Below, piece after piece: positions 60,801-64,000 of a stretch of 64,000 nucleotides of DNA. A program made the translations under genes and the position numbers. Each line of letters opens with the position of its first letter. The first letter of the stretch is position 1. The DNA comes from an uncultured Bdellovibrionales bacterium. Its GTDB lineage: Bacteria; Patescibacteriota; Minisyncoccia; Moranbacterales; UBA1568. Location of the stretch: the NCBI GenBank assembly GCA_964500505.1, contig CAZCNN010000003.1, positions 176 through 64,175 of the forward strand, in the 5' to 3' direction. The notes beneath the pieces are model-generated. The model searched no databases. It worked only from the letters and a program-made list of their open reading frames with translations, and had not been told where the DNA came from.

Positions 60801-63800
60801 CTCCTCCCAGCCGCAACGGACGCTCTCTCATCGACGACCTCCTCTGGATCGGGTCTCGAGCTGACCTCAAGTGGCCTCTCGCTCCTCCAGGGTTGTGGTA
60901 ATAATGAAGTGCTTTCCTGGAATGAGACCTCTGATGTCTGGGCCTGCTCTTCTGTTTCTGGAGTGGGAGGTGTGACCGGGACTGGTGCTACCAATCAGGT
61001 GGCGTACTGGACCGGTACGTCGACACTGGCTGGCGAGAATCAGTTGAGTGTGTCACGAGGAGGGACCGGAGCAGCCACACTCACCAGTAACGGTGTCCTC
61101 TATGGCAATGGTACGAGTGCCATCCAAGCGACGACCGCCGGGACTGATGCTCAGGTGCTGGTCGCCAATGGTAGCGGTGTCCCTGTCTTTGTCTCGTTGA
61201 GTGGTGATGTCACTATCACCAATGCTGGTGTGGCAACTATTGGTGCCAATACCGTGGCTCTCGGTACTGATACCACCGGGAACTATGTGGCAACGCTCAC
61301 CTCCGGAAATGGTATCTCAGCAACTGCGACTGGTGAAGGCTCAACCCCGACTATCGCTCTTGGCGCACTCTCCGCTGACTGGAACCAAACCGGTGCGTTT
61401 GATATCTCTCTCAACAATGCTTCCTCAGAACTCAAGATTCTCGAATCATCTGGAGCGACCTACTTCGGTATCTTGGATGCTGGTGATCTCTCAGCAGATC
61501 GGACTTATACGCTGCCTGATGCAAGTGGTACAGTTGCCCTAACCTCTGATATTCACAGTGCCGTGACATTGTCCGGAGAGAACTATCTCTCGCTTGCTGG
61601 TCAGGTCATCACAGCTAATGCGGTCAATCTCTCTGGAACCAATGTAGCCGGAACACTGGCAGCTGCTCGTTTTGGGACGCTTACGGGAGATGTGACGACT
61701 GCAGGAGGGAGCTATGCGACAACTATTGCAGCAGATGCGGTCGCGCTCGGGACTGATACGACTGGGAACTACGTCTCTTCCGCTACGAGTAACGGCGGTC
61801 TCACCCTCACTGGTACCGAAGGTGCCTCTCTCGGTATCCTCCTCCCATCGGCAACAGACGCTCTTTCATCGTCGACTTCCTCTGGATCGGGTCTCGAGCT
61901 TCTCTCGGCAGGACTGACACTCCTTCAGGGTTGTGCTAATGATCAGGTTCTCGCGTGGAATGAGACGGCAGATACGTGGGCCTGTTCTGACAAGACCGGT
62001 GGAACCAGTAACTTTACTGATAGTGGTACGGTGACGTATCTCACTTCGACGACGGATGACTTTGCACTCGGTGGGACTGGCGTCGATGTATCATCGTACT
62101 TCTTCGATGTCTCTGCCGGGACAATTCAATTTGAAGGTACGAGTGCCGACGCTAATGAAACCACCCTGGTCGTGACCAATCCGACAGCTGACCAGACCAT
62201 AACCTTTGCAGACGCTTCCGGTACCGTTATCCTCTCTGGACATACTTTCTCTGGTGATGTGACTGGTACTCTCGGAACCGGTGGGACCACCGCTCTCACC
62301 ATTGCTTCCGACAGTGTGGCGCTTTCTACTGATACCACCGGTAACTACGTCCAGTCCATCACCAATGGTTCTGGTATCTCAGGAGGCAATGGTGGCAGTG
62401 AAGGAGCTGCTCTCATTCTCGCGCTTGGCGCACTCTCCGCTGACTGGAACCAAACCGGTGCGTTTGATATCTCTCTTAACAATGCCTCCTCAGAACTCAA
62501 GATTCTCGAATCAGCCGGAGCCACCTTCTTCGGTATCTTTGATGTGGCTGACCTCTCCAGTGCTGACAAGACGTATACGTTTCCGAATGCCTCTGGTACC
62601 GTTATCACTACTGGTAACCTCACTGATATCACGACGGTAGGAACAGTCGTCTCTGGTACTTGGAATGGCACGGCTATCGGAGCTCAGTATGGTGGGACGG
62701 GGTTGAATGGCTCTTCCGCCGCCAACGGTACGCTCCTTATCGGCAACGGAAGCGGTTATACGCTCGCCACCTTAACCGATGGAACGGGTATTACTATCAC
62801 TGAGGGATCAGGTACGATTTCGATTGCTTCTACTCTCGGAACAGACATCTCCGGATCAGAAATTGTTGACGGTACTATTGAAGAAGTAGACCTCGAAGTG
62901 ACCAATTCACCAGTGGGTGGATATGTCCTCACCTATGACTCAGGTACTGCCGGCTTTACCTGGGTAGATGGTGGAGGACTTGGTAATTCCAAATTCACTG
63001 ACTCCGGAACCTTTACCTATCTCACCAACACAGGCGATGACTTGGGTATCGGTGGTTCAACACTTACCTCTGCTCGTTACGTGTTTGATGTGAGTACCAC
63101 TGGTAATACCATCTCCTTTGAGGGCACTGGTGCTGATGATGCCAATGAAACAGCCCTCGTGGTGACTAACCCGACGGGAGACCGGACGATTACACTGCCG
63201 GATTCCTCCGGTACGGTCCTCCTTACTGGTGGTACCCTCCTCACTCTCGCTGGTACGAGCGGTTCTAACCAAACCATCTCTCAGGGTGACACGATTACTA
63301 TCGCCGCTGGGACCGGTATCACCACAACGGGTGGCACGACGGATACGGTAACCATCGCCAGTACTCTCGGCACTGCTATCGATACGACTGAAATTACTGA
63401 TGGCACGATTCTTGAAGTTGATCTGAATGCCACCAATGCCCCCGTTGATACCTATATCCTTTCGTACGATAACGCGTCTGGAGGCTTTACCTGGATATCG
63501 AATACCGGTGGTTCAGGGGCGTCCAAATTCACCGACTCTGGCACCATTACCTATCTGACCAATACAACTGATGATCTCGCTATTGGTGGCTCCACCTCGA
63601 ATGCCTCCAAGTTCTTCTTTGATGTGAACACGGGTAACCAGATTATTTTCGAAGGTACCGGTGCTGATGATGCCAATGAGACAACGCTGGTGATTACCAA
63701 TCCGACTGCCGATCGAACGCTCACTCTTCCGAACCTGACTGGCACGATTGCGACCATCGATGGAGCACAGACCTTTACCTCTGCTACTTGGAATGGTACG

Positions 63801-64000
63801 GCTATCGGGGCACAGTACGGTGGGACAGGGATCAATACCTCGGCCTCGACCGGTGTCCCAACCATTTCCTCGGGAACGTGGAGTGTCTCGGCTCAGCTCT
63901 CAGCTCTTCGTGGTGGCACCGGTGTGGATGGGTCGGCAGCGTCAAACGGTACTCTCCTCATCGGGAATGGCTCTGGCTATACGCTTGCCAATCTCACCGG
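54849..64000 (+). CDS. giant modular cell-surface protein, partial (>3050 aa, open at window end); Gly/Thr/Ser-rich repeats with conserved two-Cys module
   Basis: Frame 0 is open from the ATG at 54849 to the window end, which is why the ORF track misses it (it has no stop). N-terminal TM or signal MPLYVKNKKRKTAYSSLATALVVGALVLGWL. Repeated units of the form ...TDTTGNYVAS...SEGAxLTLGxDLLDSADGTG.TSSNSGLEFQGAGSxELALLQGCxNNxVLxWN...VWxC... A spot-check of the frame at 58128 and at 63900 gave consistent repeat peptides. Confidence 0.8.
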   Translation, partial: MPLYVKNKKRKTAYSSLATALVVGALVLGWLDLRPSFAQSTVNQIEQISLSASLFGKDNRIIKNGTYQVRFVIYATDRATADPYPSNTDTRIWEETQEVTVKGGMFRTFLGSVTPLPASLNFETGSYYVGIRIGTDSEMVPRKKLGSVPRAINSQFLQGRSIGTKLGDIPLLGKGGKVDIKNLPTGTGPKQLVLGNDSRLGDAHQQNTDIGTDSEVFNIGSGTALSGTNFDLTVSSAATAPALRFNGTTQAWQLSNDGTTFTDIGSGSSGPITLGTDTDGNYVASVADGDGISGGSAGSEGAALTLGIDLLDSADGTGATSSNSGFEFGGAGSDELALLQGCSNGQGIAWNDTTNVWECTSFSAGLAGSGSTGYATYWSGTSALGSEAYLHPVRGGTGLDASSASNGSLLIGNGSGFSLNTLAGGTGVSVTNGSGVITLGIDATTSGTTAVTSSNSGIEATASGIRLLGGCSNDQVLAWNSGSSVWVCSNKSGGTSDWTSTGSLTYLTDVNDDLVIGGTAVDEGFVFDVSAGTLSFEGSSANGFETAIGVINPTADNAINFPDVSGTVVTTGNLTDITAVGTIASGTWNGSVIGTTYGGTGASSLNNLIALGTHTTGNYVASVGNGNGITGGATGSEGGTLTLGIDLLDSADGTGSTSNNSGLEFQGAGSNELALLQGCANNEVLSWNDGSSVWQCASVTGVGGIDGTGSANAVAYWTDSNTLTYEAELSVSRGGTGIGSYTIGDLLYASGSGTLSALADVATGNVLISGGVGIAPSWGKVNLTTAVSGTLPVGNGGTGATSLNDLITLTTHTTGNYVQSITNGSGISGGDGGSEGAALTLALGALSADWNQTGAFDISLNNASSELKILESAGATFFGIFDVADLSSADKTYTFPNASGTVITTGNLTDITTVGTVVSGTWNGTAIGAQYGGTGINTSASTGVPVISSGTWSVASQLGVAQGGTGAATLTSNGVLYGNGTSAIQATTAGTDAQLLVANGSGVPVFVSMSGDITITNAGVTTIGANTVALTTDTTGNYVASVGNGNGITGGAAGSEGATLTLGLDLLDSADGTGGTSSNSGLEFQGAGSNELALLQGCANNDVLAWVDASNTWACTSVGGVGAGDITAIGDVTSGAAFDGTQGTQLIFNDVDGDGTLTIANLSAIRTWTLPDTTGTLITTGDTGTVTGTMIADNTIEEVDFEATNSPTNGYILSYDNTTGGFTWISNTGGSGSSKFTDSGTITYLTDTTDDLAIGGSTSNASKFFFDVNTGNQIIFEGTGADDANETTLVITNPTTDKTITFADASGTVILSGHTFSSDVTGTLGSGGSTALTIASDSVALGTDTTGNYVSSATSNGGLTLTGTEGASLGILLPSATNGLSATTSSGSGLELTSSGLSLLQGCADNEVLSWDEAADVWKCNSVGGVGAGDITAVGNVTSGAAFDGTAGTELYFNDVDGDGLLTIANLSAARTYTLPDASGTVATINGGQTFTSATWNATTIAVAYGGTGATTLTSNGVLYGNGTSAIQATTAGTDAQLLVANGSGVPVFVSMSGDITITNAGVTTIGANTVALTTDTTGNYVASITAGSGVSGTVASEGATPTLDVDLLDSADGTGGTSSNSGLEFQGSGSDELTLLQGCSNNQLLLWNDSTNVWYCGSVSGAGGIDGAGATGQVAYFTDADTLSSEAELSVSRGGTGIGSYTIGDLLYASGSGTLSALADVATGNVLISGGVGIAPSWGKVNLTTAVSGTLPVGNGGTGATSLNDLITLTTHTTGNYVQSITNGSGISGGNGGSEGAALILALGALSADWNQTGAFDISLNNASSELKILESAGATFFGIFDVADLSSADKTYTFPNVSGTVATIDGGQTFTSATWNASTLTVAYGGTGATTLTPNGVLYGNGTGAVQATSAGTNGQLLLGVSSSAPVFATMSGDATINNSGTVTIASNAVALTTDTTGNYVSSATSNGGLTLTGTEGASLGILLPAATDALSSTTSSGSGLELTSSGLSLLQGCGNNEVLSWNETSDVWACSSVSGVGGVTGTGATNQVAYWTGTSTLAGENQLSVSRGGTGAATLTSNGVLYGNGTSAIQATTAGTDAQVLVANGSGVPVFVSLSGDVTITNAGVATIGANTVALGTDTTGNYVATLTSGNGISATATGEGSTPTIALGALSADWNQTGAFDISLNNASSELKILESSGATYFGILDAGDLSADRTYTLPDASGTVALTSDIHSAVTLSGENYLSLAGQVITANAVNLSGTNVAGTLAAARFGTLTGDVTTAGGSYATTIAADAVALGTDTTGNYVSSATSNGGLTLTGTEGASLGILLPSATDALSSSTSSGSGLELLSAGLTLLQGCANDQVLAWNETADTWACSDKTGGTSNFTDSGTVTYLTSTTDDFALGGTGVDVSSYFFDVSAGTIQFEGTSADANETTLVVTNPTADQTITFADASGTVILSGHTFSGDVTGTLGTGGTTALTIASDSVALSTDTTGNYVQSITNGSGISGGNGGSEGAALILALGALSADWNQTGAFDISLNNASSELKILESAGATFFGIFDVADLSSADKTYTFPNASGTVITTGNLTDITTVGTVVSGTWNGTAIGAQYGGTGLNGSSAANGTLLIGNGSGYTLATLTDGTGITITEGSGTISIASTLGTDISGSEIVDGTIEEVDLEVTNSPVGGYVLTYDSGTAGFTWVDGGGLGNSKFTDSGTFTYLTNTGDDLGIGGSTLTSARYVFDVSTTGNTISFEGTGADDANETALVVTNPTGDRTITLPDSSGTVLLTGGTLLTLAGTSGSNQTISQGDTITIAAGTGITTTGGTTDTVTIASTLGTAIDTTEITDGTILEVDLNATNAPVDTYILSYDNASGGFTWISNTGGSGASKFTDSGTITYLTNTTDDLAIGGSTSNASKFFFDVNTGNQIIFEGTGADDANETTLVITNPTADRTLTLPNLTGTIATIDGAQTFTSATWNGTAIGAQYGGTGINTSASTGVPTISSGTWSVSAQLSALRGGTGVDGSAASNGTLLIGNGSGYTLANLT

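Noticed and set aside
56950-62671. Many 60-214-aa ORFs on both strands within 55435..63865, including exact duplicates
   Set aside because: All are off-frame or antisense to the single giant frame-0 ORF. Their duplication just mirrors the intragenic DNA repeats.
54849-64000. Possibility that the regular repeats are a CRISPR array
   Set aside because: The repeats are long, of unequal spacing, protein-coding in one continuous frame and lack short unique spacers. No cas genes are nearby.

Overview
This 64-kb window reads as a compact, gene-dense stretch of a small-genome bacterium with GC in the mid-50s. The gene content (several 'four-helix-bundle' TIGR02436-like proteins, many aminoacyl-tRNA synthetases, a giant repeat-rich surface protein gene) suggests a Candidate-Phyla-Radiation/Patescibacteria-like organism; that is an inference, and no search was run. 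Almost all housekeeping genes are on the + strand. In order: a secreted hypothetical protein, a DMT-like permease, a GH clan-A hydrolase, trmH-like, a HAD-IB hydrolase, VanZ, then rplT-rpmI-infC on the minus strand. Next comes smpB, a small GIY-YIG gene, and an unannotated tmRNA (ssrA) on the minus strand. Then trhO, argS (with a degenerate HIGH motif), a histidine phosphatase, a GC-rich unknown secreted protein, and a PAS-ECF sigma fusion. Then a class III RNR operon in which nrdD is split from its glycyl-radical domain, followed by nrdG and a hemerythrin. Then a GC-rich 360-bp leader-like region carrying a T-box-like motif, a 4HB protein, ileS, a P-loop ATPase, recO, a DUF11-like repeat protein and tgt. 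A pair of Cys-rich small membrane proteins sits on the minus strand. Then glyQS, an M16 peptidase, an AI-2E transporter, rsmI, metG, a NUDIX hydrolase, TatD and two coiled-coil proteins. A complete F0F1 ATP synthase operon follows (atpB-atpE-[inserted 4HB gene]-atpF-H-A-G-D-C). Then leuS, glmS, a DnaQ-like exonuclease, a PAP2 phosphatase, folD, tRNA-Leu(CAA), parAB and manC on the minus strand. The window ends in a giant gene, at least 3050 aa and still open at the window edge, that encodes a Gly/Thr/Ser-rich modular surface protein with internal near-identical DNA duplications. Three things stand out on the hunt. First, a pervasive family of heptanucleotide tandem arrays, often as inverted pairs, lies immediately upstream of start codons and in one case brackets a gene. 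Second, a structured repeat of about 80 nt occurs in two copies with compensatory base changes. Third, there are several unannotated small membrane ORFs and RNA elements (tmRNA, a candidate L20 operator, a T-box-like leader). No CRISPR array, transposase, integrase or rRNA gene was seen.
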